Positions 8,994 through 18,658 of a stretch of DNA of 64,000 bases are shown piece after piece. The position numbers were made by a program, and so were the translations under genes. The stretch is from Terriglobia bacterium. Lineage in GTDB: Bacteria > Acidobacteriota > Terriglobia > 2-12-FULL-54-10. The stretch's first letter is position 1, and each line of letters begins with the position of its first letter. The stretch is taken from assembly GCA_963666975.2 (NCBI GenBank), contig CAXVYR010000003.1:704001-768000 (forward strand). Direction: 5' to 3'. The notes under the pieces were generated by a model, which was given only the letters and a program-made list of their open reading frames with translations, was not told the DNA's origin and ran no database searches.

Positions 8994-10352
8994 CTATTCC
9001 CATGAATCGGATTCGAAATCGTCCGCCGGGTTCCTGAACGAGGCAAATGCCGGGATGAAGACGATCCTCACATCCCCCGTGGGACCGTTGCGCTGTTTCG
9101 CAATGATGATTTTGGTCTGCCCCTCATTGTCTTCAGTCGGTTTCACCATGTCTTCACGGTACAGGAAAGCAACCACATCGGCGTCCTGTTCGATCTGTCC
9201 GCTCTCGCGCAGATCGGAAAGCCGGTACTCCCCCCCGCGCGTCTCCGGAGCCCGGCTCAGCTGGGAAACGGCCATCAGAGGGACGTTCAACTCCTTGGCC
9301 AGGCCTTTCAAGCCGCGCGAGATCGAAGAGATCTCTTGCATGCGGCTTTCAAACTTCCCCCGCCCGCTCATCAACTGGAGATAATCCACCATGATGAGGC
9401 CCAATCCGTGCTCGGCCTTCAAACGCCGCGCCTTGGCCCGCATTTCGGTGATCGAGAGCCCGGGCGTATCGTCAATAAAAATCGGGGCCTCCGCCAGCCG
9501 CCCCAGCCCCGCAGCCAGCTTGTTCCAGTCCTCTTTTTTATTCAGGTAACCGGCCCGCAGCTTGTGCGAATCCACATCCGATTCGGCGCAGAGCAACCGC
9601 AGCACCAAGGCTTCGCGCGACATCTCCAGGCTGAACAGAGCCGTGACTTGTTTCTGGTGGATAGCCGCGTACCGCGCAACGTCCAGCGCAAAGCTGGTCT
9701 TGCCCATCGAAGGGCGTCCGGCGATGATAATCAGGTCGGAGGATTGCAGGCCGCTGGTCATGTCATCGAACTTGCGGAAGCCGGTTTCGAGCCCCGTCAC
9801 CCGCTTGCCCCGCTCAAACAGCGCGTCAATGCTTTGGAAGCTGCCGCGAACGATCTCCGGAATGCTCAGAAATCCCGACCGAATCCTTTGTTCGCCGACC
9901 GAAAGCACCATGCTCTCGGAGGCGTCCAAAATCTCCTCGGCTTCCTCGGAACCCTCCAGGCAGCGCGCCGTAATGCTGCTGGAGACATGGATCAGACGGC
10001 GCAGCAGCGACTTGTCTTTCACAATCTTGGCGTAATGCTCGATGTTGCTCAGGCGGGGAAGGCCGTCGGTGAGTGAAGAAACGTAGCCGGCGCCCCCAAC
10101 GGCTTCCAGCTCATTGTGGCGCATCAACTCTTCGCTCAGCGTGACCAGATCAATGGGACGAGAATGTTCCGAAAGGTCCGTAATGCGAAGGAAGAGACGG
10201 CGGTGGCTGTCCAGGGAGAAGTCCTCGGAGGTAAGAACGGCCGCGGCCTGGTTGTAGGCGGAGTTGTCGAGCAGGATGGCGCCGAGCACCGAGCGTTCCG
10301 CATCCACATTGCTCGGCAGGCTTTTTACGAGGGTAGAGTCGTTCACTTCCAT
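8994..10352 (-). CDS. dnaB: Replicative DNA helicase
   Basis: GRPSMGKT, DYLQL, SQLSR and SDLRESGQIEQDAD motifs. Confidence 0.98.
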   Translation of the reverse strand: MEVNDSTLVKSLPSNVDAERSVLGAILLDNSAYNQAAAVLTSEDFSLDSHRRLFLRITDLSEHSRPIDLVTLSEELMRHNELEAVGGAGYVSSLTDGLPRLSNIEHYAKIVKDKSLLRRLIHVSSSITARCLEGSEEAEEILDASESMVLSVGEQRIRSGFLSIPEIVRGSFQSIDALFERGKRVTGLETGFRKFDDMTSGLQSSDLIIIAGRPSMGKTSFALDVARYAAIHQKQVTALFSLEMSREALVLRLLCAESDVDSHKLRAGYLNKKEDWNKLAAGLGRLAEAPIFIDDTPGLSITEMRAKARRLKAEHGLGLIMVDYLQLMSGRGKFESRMQEISSISRGLKGLAKELNVPLMAVSQLSRAPETRGGEYRLSDLRESGQIEQDADVVAFLYREDMVKPTEDNEGQTKIIIAKQRNGPTGDVRIVFIPAFASFRNPADDFESDSWE

Positions 10353-10372
10353 GGAGGAAAGTTGCGGATGGC

Positions 10373-10816
10373 CTATTCCTGCACTACATGCACATGGAGC
10401 GAGGCAGTCACCTCGCGGTGCAGACGCACAGGAACCGGGAACTCACCCAGTTGCTTGAGAGGCTCTTCTAAAATAATCTTGCGCCGATCGATTTGAAACC
10501 CTTGTTTCCCCAGAGCATCCTCGATGTCCAGCGAAGTAACCGAACCGAACAGAACGCCGTTTTCTCCTGCTTTACGGGCGATTTGAAGGGCCGCTTTTTC
10601 GAGCATTGCGGCAAGTTGCTCCGCTTCCCCCTTCTCGTGCGTTTCTCGCCGGAGGGCGGCTGCCTTCTCTTGCTCGACAACTTTCTTGTTGCCTTCCGTC
10701 ACCGGCATAGCCAGTTTTTGGGGAAGCAGAAAATTCCGGCCGTATCCGCCGCTGACCTTCACCACATCTCCCCGGCGCCCCAGGTTTGCAACATCTTCTC
10801 GAAGTATCAGTTCCAT
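10373..10816 (-). CDS. rplI: 50S ribosomal protein L9
   Basis: MELILREDVANLGRRGDVVKV...GYGRNFLLP; LFGSVT. Confidence 0.97.
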   Translation of the reverse strand: MELILREDVANLGRRGDVVKVSGGYGRNFLLPQKLAMPVTEGNKKVVEQEKAAALRRETHEKGEAEQLAAMLEKAALQIARKAGENGVLFGSVTSLDIEDALGKQGFQIDRRKIILEEPLKQLGEFPVPVRLHREVTASLHVHVVQE

Positions 10817-10864
10817 CTGTTTCGCAACCACCCTTGATAATGAATTTCCCGGCAGCCCTCGCTG

Positions 10865-11137
10865 TTAGAAGTCGGCTGCAAAGGGCAAAAAGGCAATATT
10901 TCTGGCCTTCTTGATGGCTCGCGCCAAATGCTTTTGATGCGGCGCGCAGACTCCGGTGATACGGAGCGGCATAATCTTGCCCCGCTCCTGGATGAACTGT
11001 CCCAGCATCCTTACGTCTTTGTAGTCGATGTGGTCAATTTTCTCGACGCAAAACTTGCACACTTTTTTGCGCCGAAAATACTGCTTTCTGGGCCCTCCCT
11101 GCTGCGGACGAGAACCAGGCCTCCGTTGAAACGCCAT
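10865..11137 (-). CDS. rpsR: 30S ribosomal protein S18
   Basis: [14 protein letters not shown] and AIKKAR motifs. Confidence 0.97.
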   Translation of the reverse strand: MAFQRRPGSRPQQGGPRKQYFRRKKVCKFCVEKIDHIDYKDVRMLGQFIQERGKIMPLRITGVCAPHQKHLARAIKKARNIAFLPFAADF

Positions 11138-11228
11138 AAATTTCCTTTCCTGGGACGGTTATTTCGCCGTCCAGCAACCCGGAAGCGCCAGCCGGCGCTT
11201 CCTGCCGCAACCGCTTCCCCGTTACGGA

Positions 11229-11615
11229 TTAAGTGCTGGCCGCTGCTGCGGGTTCTCTTCCGGGCTTGGGCTTCTTGCGAGCCAGTTTTTTGGCCCGGAA
11301 CTGCTGGATTTTTTTCAGTCTCTTTGTTTGCTCATCCATCCGAACCGTCAAATACTTGATCACCGGGTCCGCCACCCGCAACCGGCGCTCCAACTCCCGC
11401 ACCGCCGCCACTTCGCATTCCAGCGCGAAAAGGACGTAATACCCTTCCCGGTATTTGCCGATCATATAGGCCAGCCGGCGACGGCCCATTCTTTCCGCCT
11501 GGTGTACGCTCCCCCCAGTGGAAGTCACAACCGTCTCCATTTGGGAAATGAACTGTTCCATCTCCTCTTCCGGAAGATCCGGTTTCAAAATAAAAATCGT
11601 CTCGTAAGTCCTCAT
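11229..11615 (-). CDS. rpsF: 30S ribosomal protein S6
   Basis: MRTYETIFILKPDL and GRRRLAY motifs. Confidence 0.96.
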   Translation of the reverse strand: MRTYETIFILKPDLPEEEMEQFISQMETVVTSTGGSVHQAERMGRRRLAYMIGKYREGYYVLFALECEVAAVRELERRLRVADPVIKYLTVRMDEQTKRLKKIQQFRAKKLARKKPKPGREPAAAAST

Positions 11616-12244
11616 AGGTCGATTGTTTCCTGAGTTCCTGTTTCGCTCGATGCCTGCCGGCGCTCTTCACCGGACACCGGCCTTCGGCGGTTGAACAAAT
11701 TCATGGCCTTCGCTGTCCCGTCGCGCAAAATCGCTTCCACGGCGTCCGCAGCGCGCTCGACCATTTCTCCAGCCTCGCTCATTTGCGCCTTCTTAAAAGG
11801 AGCCAGCACGTACCGTACGGTATCCCTGATTTGACGCTCGGGACATATACCCATCCGCAAACGAGTGAACTGCTGCGAGCCAACTGCCTCTATAACCGAT
11901 TCCAGGCCGTGATGTCCTCCGGCTCCCCCTTTTTGGCGAATCCGGATACAGCCTAAGGGCAAATCCAGGTCGTCGGCTATGATCATCATATCTTGGGGCA
12001 GGCAGCCTTGTTTTGCAATCCATCCCTGGACGGCCATCCCGCTCAGGTTCATAAACGTTTGCGGCTTGATCAGCCAGACTTCCCTGCCGGCATATACAAA
12101 TCGTCCGCTGAGCGACTTGGCTTCTTTCCGCGTGACACGAACCGAGTGCCGCCGCGCCAAGCAATCCACCACCTGGCAACCCAGGTTGTGCGGGGAATTC
12201 AAATATTCCTCCCCCGGGTTTCCGAGGCCGAAAACAAATTTCAC
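11612..12244 (-). CDS. pth: Peptidyl-tRNA hydrolase (GTG start)
   Basis: GLGNPG, KPQTFMNLSG and GGHHGL motifs. Confidence 0.95.
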   Translation of the reverse strand: MKFVFGLGNPGEEYLNSPHNLGCQVVDCLARRHSVRVTRKEAKSLSGRFVYAGREVWLIKPQTFMNLSGMAVQGWIAKQGCLPQDMMIIADDLDLPLGCIRIRQKGGAGGHHGLESVIEAVGSQQFTRLRMGICPERQIRDTVRYVLAPFKKAQMSEAGEMVERAADAVEAILRDGTAKAMNLFNRRRPVSGEERRQASSETGTQETIDL

Positions 12245-12313
12245 GCACCCCGCTCTCCGAGGGACCGCTCGAAGCAAAGCCGCTACGGACATCTTACTTC
12301 CGATCTGCGCCTG

Positions 12314-12991
12314 CTAAGTCTCAGCCTCCTCTTTTCCTTCCTCGGCTGTCTTACCCTTCTTGATCAACTCCGGTTCCTCGGACGCCGCTTCGGCTTCCTC
12401 TCCCTCCGGCTTCACTACCTCCTCCACCTTGGGAGTCACCACGTGGCATATCACGCCGTCAGGATCGCTGAGGATATGAACTTTTTCTCCCGCTACCATT
12501 TGCAGCTCTGCAACCCGAAGATATTGACCCAGATCCAGCGATTCGATGCCAATTGTTAAGTGCTCGGGAATATCCGCCGGCAAACACTCGACCTCCACTT
12601 CCCGCCGGACCACTTCCAGAACGCCTCCCTGCAACTTAACCCCCGGAGCCTCCCCCGTGAGGACGACGTGTACAGAGACCTTGAGCTTTTTGTCCATCGC
12701 AATGCGCTTGAGGTCTGCGTGCAGCAGATGCCCGCGCACCGGCTCAAACTGCGTATCCACGATCATGGCCTGAGTGTGCTCGCCGCCTGAAATCTTAAGC
12801 TCAAAAATGGTGTTTTGTCCCGCCTGGGAACGCAGCACAACGCCCAATTGTTTGGGGCTCAGCGTAAGGGAGAGCGTCTCCTGCTTGTCTCCATACAGGT
12901 TGCCGGGCACGCGGCCAGCCTGGCGAATGCGTCGTGCGACATTCTTTCCGGTTTCCGTTCTTTTTTCGGCTTCAACGATTATTTGTTCCAT
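12314..12991 (-). CDS. rplY: 50S ribosomal protein L25/Ctc
   Basis: ARRIRQAGRVPGNLYG, HADL and GVKLQGG; prs-rplY-pth synteny. Confidence 0.95.
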   Translation of the reverse strand: MEQIIVEAEKRTETGKNVARRIRQAGRVPGNLYGDKQETLSLTLSPKQLGVVLRSQAGQNTIFELKISGGEHTQAMIVDTQFEPVRGHLLHADLKRIAMDKKLKVSVHVVLTGEAPGVKLQGGVLEVVRREVEVECLPADIPEHLTIGIESLDLGQYLRVAELQMVAGEKVHILSDPDGVICHVVTPKVEEVVKPEGEEAEAASEEPELIKKGKTAEEGKEEAET

Positions 12992-13021
12992 AGTGCGCCG
13001 GTCTACAGTCAGCTATTTCCG

Positions 13022-13972
13022 TCAAATAAACAGGGTGCTGACGGATGTCTCTTCGTGAATGGATTGAATCGCGCGCGCCAGAAGCTCGGCGACGCTCAAG
13101 ACCACGATGCGCTCGCAGCCTTTCGCTTTCTCTGACAAAGGAATCGAGTCCGTGACCACCACGCGGGTGATCCGCGACTTGCAAATCCGGTCGACCGCCT
13201 CGCCGGAGAACACCGGATGCGTGCAGCATGCGTACACGGCGGTCGCCCCTTGATCCAAGAGCGCATCGGAGGTTTTCACCAGCGTCCCGGCCGTATCGAT
13301 CATGTCGTCCACGATCACAGCGGTGCGGCCCTTGACCTTGCCGATGACGTGCATTACCTCGCTCACACCCAGCTCATCCCGCCTTTTGTCCACAATCGCC
13401 AGAGCCGTGTCCATCTTCTTCGCAAAAAACCGCGCCCTCTCCACCCCGCCTGCGTCCGGGGCGACAATGGTCAGATTCTGCAGGGCCAACTGGCGAAAAT
13501 ACTCCACTAAGACGGGAGCGGCGAACAGGTGGTCAACAGGGATCGCAAAAAACCCTTGAATTTGTGGGGCGTGCAGGTCCATTGTGAGCGCCCGGTTGGC
13601 TCCGGCGGTGGTGAGCAAGTCCGCAACCAATTTTGCCGAGACCGGCACGCGCGGCTTATCCTTACGGTCCTGCCGGGAATAGCCGTAATAGGAAATCACC
13701 GGGGTAATGCGGCGCGCCGAGGCACGCTTCAACGCGTCCATCATGAGCAGCAGTTCCATCAGGTTGGTGTCTACGGGGTTGCAGGTGGGCTGCACAACAA
13801 AAACATCCGCACCCCTCACGTTTTCGAGGATCTGCAAGCGAACCTCGCCGTCACTAAAGCGGGACACCAAGCCATCCGCCAGAGGAACTTCCAGAAAGCG
13901 GCAAATATCGCGCGCCAAGCTGGGATTGGCCGTTCCACAGAAAACTTTAAGACGATTTCGATCCATGCTCAA
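13022..13972 (-). CDS. prs: Ribose-phosphate pyrophosphokinase
   Basis: FSDGEV, YSRQDRK and VDDMIDTAGT motifs. Confidence 0.98.
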   Translation of the reverse strand: MSMDRNRLKVFCGTANPSLARDICRFLEVPLADGLVSRFSDGEVRLQILENVRGADVFVVQPTCNPVDTNLMELLLMMDALKRASARRITPVISYYGYSRQDRKDKPRVPVSAKLVADLLTTAGANRALTMDLHAPQIQGFFAIPVDHLFAAPVLVEYFRQLALQNLTIVAPDAGGVERARFFAKKMDTALAIVDKRRDELGVSEVMHVIGKVKGRTAVIVDDMIDTAGTLVKTSDALLDQGATAVYACCTHPVFSGEAVDRICKSRITRVVVTDSIPLSEKAKGCERIVVLSVAELLARAIQSIHEETSVSTLFI

Positions 13973-14466
13973 ACAAGAACGTCAAATCCCGGAAGACGTT
14001 GCCCATTTCCTAACATTGATTCACCAGATTTGGATGGGGCGCTGAGGACACAAATCTGAATGTTATGCGCCCAGGTCCCAGTCGCACAGCATCCGGAACC
14101 GCATGAAAACCCCAGGGATGCTCATTTTATTTGATCTTCCGCAGAAATGCAAGCGCCTGCAAACAAGCAAGCAAGAAAGCTTTACGCAATTTGCTGCCCT
14201 GCCCGAAGGCCGGACCGGGCAGGCCGGCGCTGCCGCGCAATCCTTTTTTTCTCCTAGCAAGAAAGGTACACTAATGCCCGGTTTTCTGGATGGCTGTGAG
14301 TTGCATTCCATATTCGACATTCAATATTCAACTTTCAACATGCAGCCTTCAGCCTTTTCGGTGCAGTCTTTTCAGCACAACCTTCTCAGTACAACCATGC
14401 CGGCACCAGAAACAAAAAGCGGGAAAGAGAGAAAGACGGGAAAGAGAGAAAGAAAGGAGTCATGCC

Positions 14467-15858
14467 ATGTTCAAAGTCTTCTTCCACACGGTGATTGCGC
14501 TGGCGGTTCTGTCAATTGCCGCCCTGCCAATTTCGGCAAGTGAGGCAGCCGAAGCAGAGGTACTGAAGCTGCTCCGCGAGGATCGTCCGTTCCATTCCAT
14601 CCCGCCAGACCTCTTCGAGCAACTGGGATGGGACCTGCCCGACGGCGGCGCCCAGGTAAAGTCGCTGGCAGATGCTGCGCCCGGAAGCGCATTCGACCCG
14701 CGCAGACTGGAAGCATTGCCCGTCGACAAGCTGGGCTACCGTGCCAAGTGGCACGAGGTGAGGTATGAAGTCTACGGGCTGGATTGGGACATCCCCGGAC
14801 TGCTCCTTACCCCCAACCACCCTGTACCGGGACTCCCCACCGTGGCAATCATTAACGGCGGCTCAGCAAATTGGTATGAGTTTTTTCTGGACCCGCTGAA
14901 CGGACCCGGTCTGGGGCAATATCTGGCCCAGAAGGTCCCCGTCCTGCTGATCACCATCCCAGGCAACTACAAGCACGGCGGGTGGCAGGGGCAGGAGGCA
15001 TTGCAGGACAGGGTTCCGGGCTACGTGCTGGACCGAGACATATCTCCCGATGAAGCCAAAATCCGCAACGCCATTTTCACCTTCCGAGTGATTACCGAAG
15101 GAGTTCGGCGTCTGATCGAGACAGCCACTTCCGGACCCGTCCTGGTTGTGGGCCATTCCACCGGCGGAGAAATCCGTTTTCTACTCGAGGAGTCCGGCCT
15201 CAAGAGCCGAATGGCGGGACTTTCCCTGGGATGGGGAAGCGGCGGACCTGCCGCTCTGGACAAAGTCGTCCAGGATGCCCAGGAGGCTCGGGAGGAAAAC
15301 GTGGAGCGGTTCGCGAGTTACCCTCCCCTGTGGGAACTGCGTGCACGCAGCCCGGAAGGGTATGTGCAAAGCAAGTACATTGGGCCGCTCAATCCATCCG
15401 GCGGGAATACTGACCTTGAAGTCGCTCGCCGCTGGCACGAGCTGGTGGGACGCCGCCGCCCGCAGTTCAAACAGGTGCTGCAAGACTTGGAGCACCAGGG
15501 AGCCGAGGCACTCCGCGAACGCGCCGTGAAAGAAATCCGCCAGGCGCTCGACGGAAACCAGCTCGGCGTGAATCCTGACGAGGTGATTCCAGACCTGTTC
15601 TCAACCGTCCGCGCGCCCGTTACCGGCTACCGGAAGATGATCTGGGCGGTCGCCCAGAAAGACAACGGTCACTGGAACGCCGATCCGGAAAAGGCGCTGG
15701 AGTTCCGCCTTGCGAAGGCATTTCGGCGGCAGAATCCGGATATCCCTATCCGGGTGATGGTCTTCGATGTGCCCATGACCCATTATGGACACATCGAGAA
15801 AGCTCGCCAGGTGGCGGGTGGACTGGTGGCAGCAATGCGCTGGCTCGTGGAACCCTAA
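14467..15858 (+). CDS. Exported alpha/beta-hydrolase-like hypothetical protein
   Basis: Signal peptide after ATG 14467; GHSTG nucleophile-elbow motif; C-terminal THYGH. Confidence 0.7.
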   Translation: MFKVFFHTVIALAVLSIAALPISASEAAEAEVLKLLREDRPFHSIPPDLFEQLGWDLPDGGAQVKSLADAAPGSAFDPRRLEALPVDKLGYRAKWHEVRYEVYGLDWDIPGLLLTPNHPVPGLPTVAIINGGSANWYEFFLDPLNGPGLGQYLAQKVPVLLITIPGNYKHGGWQGQEALQDRVPGYVLDRDISPDEAKIRNAIFTFRVITEGVRRLIETATSGPVLVVGHSTGGEIRFLLEESGLKSRMAGLSLGWGSGGPAALDKVVQDAQEAREENVERFASYPPLWELRARSPEGYVQSKYIGPLNPSGGNTDLEVARRWHELVGRRRPQFKQVLQDLEHQGAEALRERAVKEIRQALDGNQLGVNPDEVIPDLFSTVRAPVTGYRKMIWAVAQKDNGHWNADPEKALEFRLAKAFRRQNPDIPIRVMVFDVPMTHYGHIEKARQVAGGLVAAMRWLVEP

Positions 15859-15860
15859 CG

Positions 15861-16778
15861 GTGGACCTGGTAAAAGTGGACAAAGTAAAAACCGCCGCCG
15901 AGGTGGTCCGCACCATCCCGGACGGCTCCCACATCGCTCTGGGCGGCTTTGCTATAGCCCGCAATGTAATCACCGTCGTCCACGAACTGATCCGCCAGCA
16001 GAAAAAAGCTCTAACCCTCTCCCAATGTGTCATGGGGATGGATACGGACCTGCTGGTCGGGGCCGGCTTGGTGAGCCGTCTGATGGTCGGCGGAGGGTCG
16101 CTCGACCGCTTTGGCCTGGTATACTGCGTGAACCGGGCGCGGGAGACGGGACAGGTCATCTCGCTGGACTACAGCAGCCTTTCCCTCTGCTTCGGCTATC
16201 TGGCCGGGGCGCTGGGCATTTCTTTTATTCCGATCAAATCGCTGCTGGCCTCCGAGGTGCTCGACCGGCTGGAGGCAGGACCCGGCGCCGAACATGTCCG
16301 GCGCATGCAGTGCCCCTTTACCGGAGAAGATTATCTGCTCTTGAAAGCCATCACTCCCGATGTTTCTCTGGTTCACGTGCAGGTGGCGGATCGCGAAGGA
16401 AACTGCCGGATTGACGGGCCACGCTGGGAAAATGAGGAGCAAGCAAAAGCAGCGCATCGAGTGATCGTCATCACGGAAGAACTGGTGCCGACCGAGCAGA
16501 TCCAGCGTTCTCCCGAGCGAACGGTGATCCCGGCACACCGGGTTGAGGCCGTCATTCACCAGCCCTTCGGCGCGCATCCCACGGCCGTTTTCGGCTGCTA
16601 TGACTACGATGCGGATCACTTAAAACTTTATGTGGAGCACGCCAGACATCCCGCGCGGATGAGGGAATATCTGGAAACTTACGTTATGAACACACGGAAT
16701 CATGAGGAATACCTGGGAAAAACCGGCGGCCTGAAGCATGTGAACAAGCTGAAAGCGAAGCCAGTCTTTGGCTATTGA
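15861..16778 (+). CDS. CoA-transferase family I, subunit A (GctA-like)
   Basis: IALGGF, CPFTGE, HVQVADREGN and PFGAHP motifs. Confidence 0.92.
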   Translation: MDLVKVDKVKTAAEVVRTIPDGSHIALGGFAIARNVITVVHELIRQQKKALTLSQCVMGMDTDLLVGAGLVSRLMVGGGSLDRFGLVYCVNRARETGQVISLDYSSLSLCFGYLAGALGISFIPIKSLLASEVLDRLEAGPGAEHVRRMQCPFTGEDYLLLKAITPDVSLVHVQVADREGNCRIDGPRWENEEQAKAAHRVIVITEELVPTEQIQRSPERTVIPAHRVEAVIHQPFGAHPTAVFGCYDYDADHLKLYVEHARHPARMREYLETYVMNTRNHEEYLGKTGGLKHVNKLKAKPVFGY

Positions 16779-16825
16779 CCGGCGGGCAGCTCCTATTCAT
16801 CCCATACCAAACCGAAGGAAAGCGA

Positions 16826-17587
16826 ATGAAAGAAGTTCGCGCTACGGAAATCATGGCGGCTGCCGGAGCGAAGCAACTCCGGGACGGTGAAGTGATCGTG
16901 GTCGGGCTGGGTTTGCCGCAAGTCGCCGCTGTGCTGGCCAAGCGCACGCACGCGCCCGGACTGACCTCGCTGCTTGAAATCGGCGTAGTCAACATGAATC
17001 CGGTGGACACGCCTGTGGGACTGGCTGATTCTCGCATCTTTTACGGAGGGACTAGCTGGAGCGGTTTTCTGGATATCCTCGGCATGAACCTCCATCGCGG
17101 TATTGTGGATGTCGGATTCCTGGGAGCCCTGGAGGTCGACCGCTACGGCAACATCAACACGACCCTGCTGAAAGACGACGCCGGAAAGGTCCGCTATTTC
17201 AACGGGAGCGCGGGCGGAAATGACGTTGCCTCGCTGGCCAAACGAGTCATCATCATCATGCGCCACGAGAAACGCAAGCTGCCCATGACGGTGGCTCACC
17301 TGACAAGCCCCGGTTTCGCCGGGGGAAAGAGCCGCCGGGAGCTGGGCCTGCGCGGAGGCGGCCCCCACCGAGTCATCACTGATAAAGCCCTCTTAGGATT
17401 TGATCCCGATACACATGCCGCTTCCCTGCTCTCCCTGCATCCGGGCGTTCGCTTGGAAGAGGTGGTGGAGAATACGGGATTTCCTTTGCAAATCCCCAAA
17501 GATCTCCAAGCCACGCCGCTTCCCTCTCCCGACGAGTTGCGCCTGCTCCGGGAGGAGATCGACCCGAAAGGTGTGTATTTAGGATGA
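16826..17587 (+). CDS. CoA-transferase family I, subunit B (GctB-like)
   Basis: Putative catalytic Glu in LLEIG; GFLGALEVDRYGNINTT and GSAGGND. Confidence 0.92.
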   Translation: MKEVRATEIMAAAGAKQLRDGEVIVVGLGLPQVAAVLAKRTHAPGLTSLLEIGVVNMNPVDTPVGLADSRIFYGGTSWSGFLDILGMNLHRGIVDVGFLGALEVDRYGNINTTLLKDDAGKVRYFNGSAGGNDVASLAKRVIIIMRHEKRKLPMTVAHLTSPGFAGGKSRRELGLRGGGPHRVITDKALLGFDPDTHAASLLSLHPGVRLEEVVENTGFPLQIPKDLQATPLPSPDELRLLREEIDPKGVYLG

Positions 17588-17638
17588 GCCATCATATTAA
17601 AACCATGTGAACTCATAACCTGAAAGCGAGGAGAACCC

Positions 17639-18643
17639 GTGATCTTTGACATTGAACTCAACTCAGCGGCCCATTATCCGGTCGCCGGAATCGTGGATTT
17701 ATCTCCACGGATCGAAGCAGCCGGCTTCGATGCGTTTTGGAAGGGTGAGTCGAACAGCACCGATCCGCTGATCCTGCTTTCCGGCATCGCCGCCCGCACG
17801 AAGACCCTGAAGCTGGGAACCGCCATTTACCACATCTACGGTCGCAGCGCGGTCAGCCTGGGAATTCAGTCGGCCACTTTGCAGGACATGTCCGGCGGAA
17901 GGCTGCTGCTCGGCCTTGGCGTCGCCAACAAGACTATCGCCGCATGGCACGGTGGCGCCTTCGACCGCCCGCTGCGCCGCATCCGAGAGTACACCGACAT
18001 TGTCCGCAAGACTGCCGCCGGAGAGCGGGTGGAGTATGCGGGAGAAATCTATACCACGGGCAAGCGCTTCCAGCTTTCTTGGAAGCCTGCTCATCCAACC
18101 TTCCCTATCTACCTGGCGGGGCTTGGCCCGCAGATGACGCGGCTGGTGGGACGCATTTCCGACGGGGTCTTCATCAATATGGCCACGCCGGAGACCATCC
18201 GAAAGATTGCCGAGCGAGTCCGCGCCGGAGCCGTGGAAGCGGGCCGCGACCCCAACAAGATCGATATCATTACCAAGGTCCGCGTGTCTCTGAATCCGGA
18301 CCGGGCCATAGCTCGCTCGCGCCTGCGGCAGGTGCTGACTTTTTACAACATCGCCGATCATTACAAAAACATGCTCATCGCCTCCGGGTTCGAGCCGGAG
18401 GTGAAGGCCGTGCAGGAAGCCTTTCGCGCGGGCGGATTCAAGGCGGCGGGAAAACACATCACCGACGCGTATATGGACAAGCTGCCGGTGATCCCGGGAA
18501 CCTCTATCCAGGAGATCAAGGACCGGCTGGCTCCTTTTATCGAGGCCGGCGTCACCCGGCTGGTGGTCCCCTACGTCCCGGTGACCGAGCCGGTCATCGA
18601 GGACGCCCGCCAGTTCATCGAAGCCTGGGGAAAGCATTCTTAA
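17639..18643 (+). CDS. LLM-class (luciferase-like) flavin/F420-dependent oxidoreductase
   Basis: LKLGTAI, SGGRLLLGLG and IYLAGLGPQM...SDG motifs. Confidence 0.9.
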   Translation: MIFDIELNSAAHYPVAGIVDLSPRIEAAGFDAFWKGESNSTDPLILLSGIAARTKTLKLGTAIYHIYGRSAVSLGIQSATLQDMSGGRLLLGLGVANKTIAAWHGGAFDRPLRRIREYTDIVRKTAAGERVEYAGEIYTTGKRFQLSWKPAHPTFPIYLAGLGPQMTRLVGRISDGVFINMATPETIRKIAERVRAGAVEAGRDPNKIDIITKVRVSLNPDRAIARSRLRQVLTFYNIADHYKNMLIASGFEPEVKAVQEAFRAGGFKAAGKHITDAYMDKLPVIPGTSIQEIKDRLAPFIEAGVTRLVVPYVPVTEPVIEDARQFIEAWGKHS

Positions 18644-18658
18644 AGGAGGATTGCCATC

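Noticed and set aside
14030-14050. Minus-strand GCGCCCCATCCA resembling a tRNA-Gln 3' end upstream of prs
   Set aside because: No T-loop GTTCGA, D-arm or cloverleaf; not a tRNA.
14305-14460. Heptamer-like TATTCAA/CATTCAA run and purine-rich GGGAAAGAGAGAAAGA duplication
   Set aside because: Low-complexity intergenic sequence with no spacer structure; the upstream ORF extension through it is not credible.
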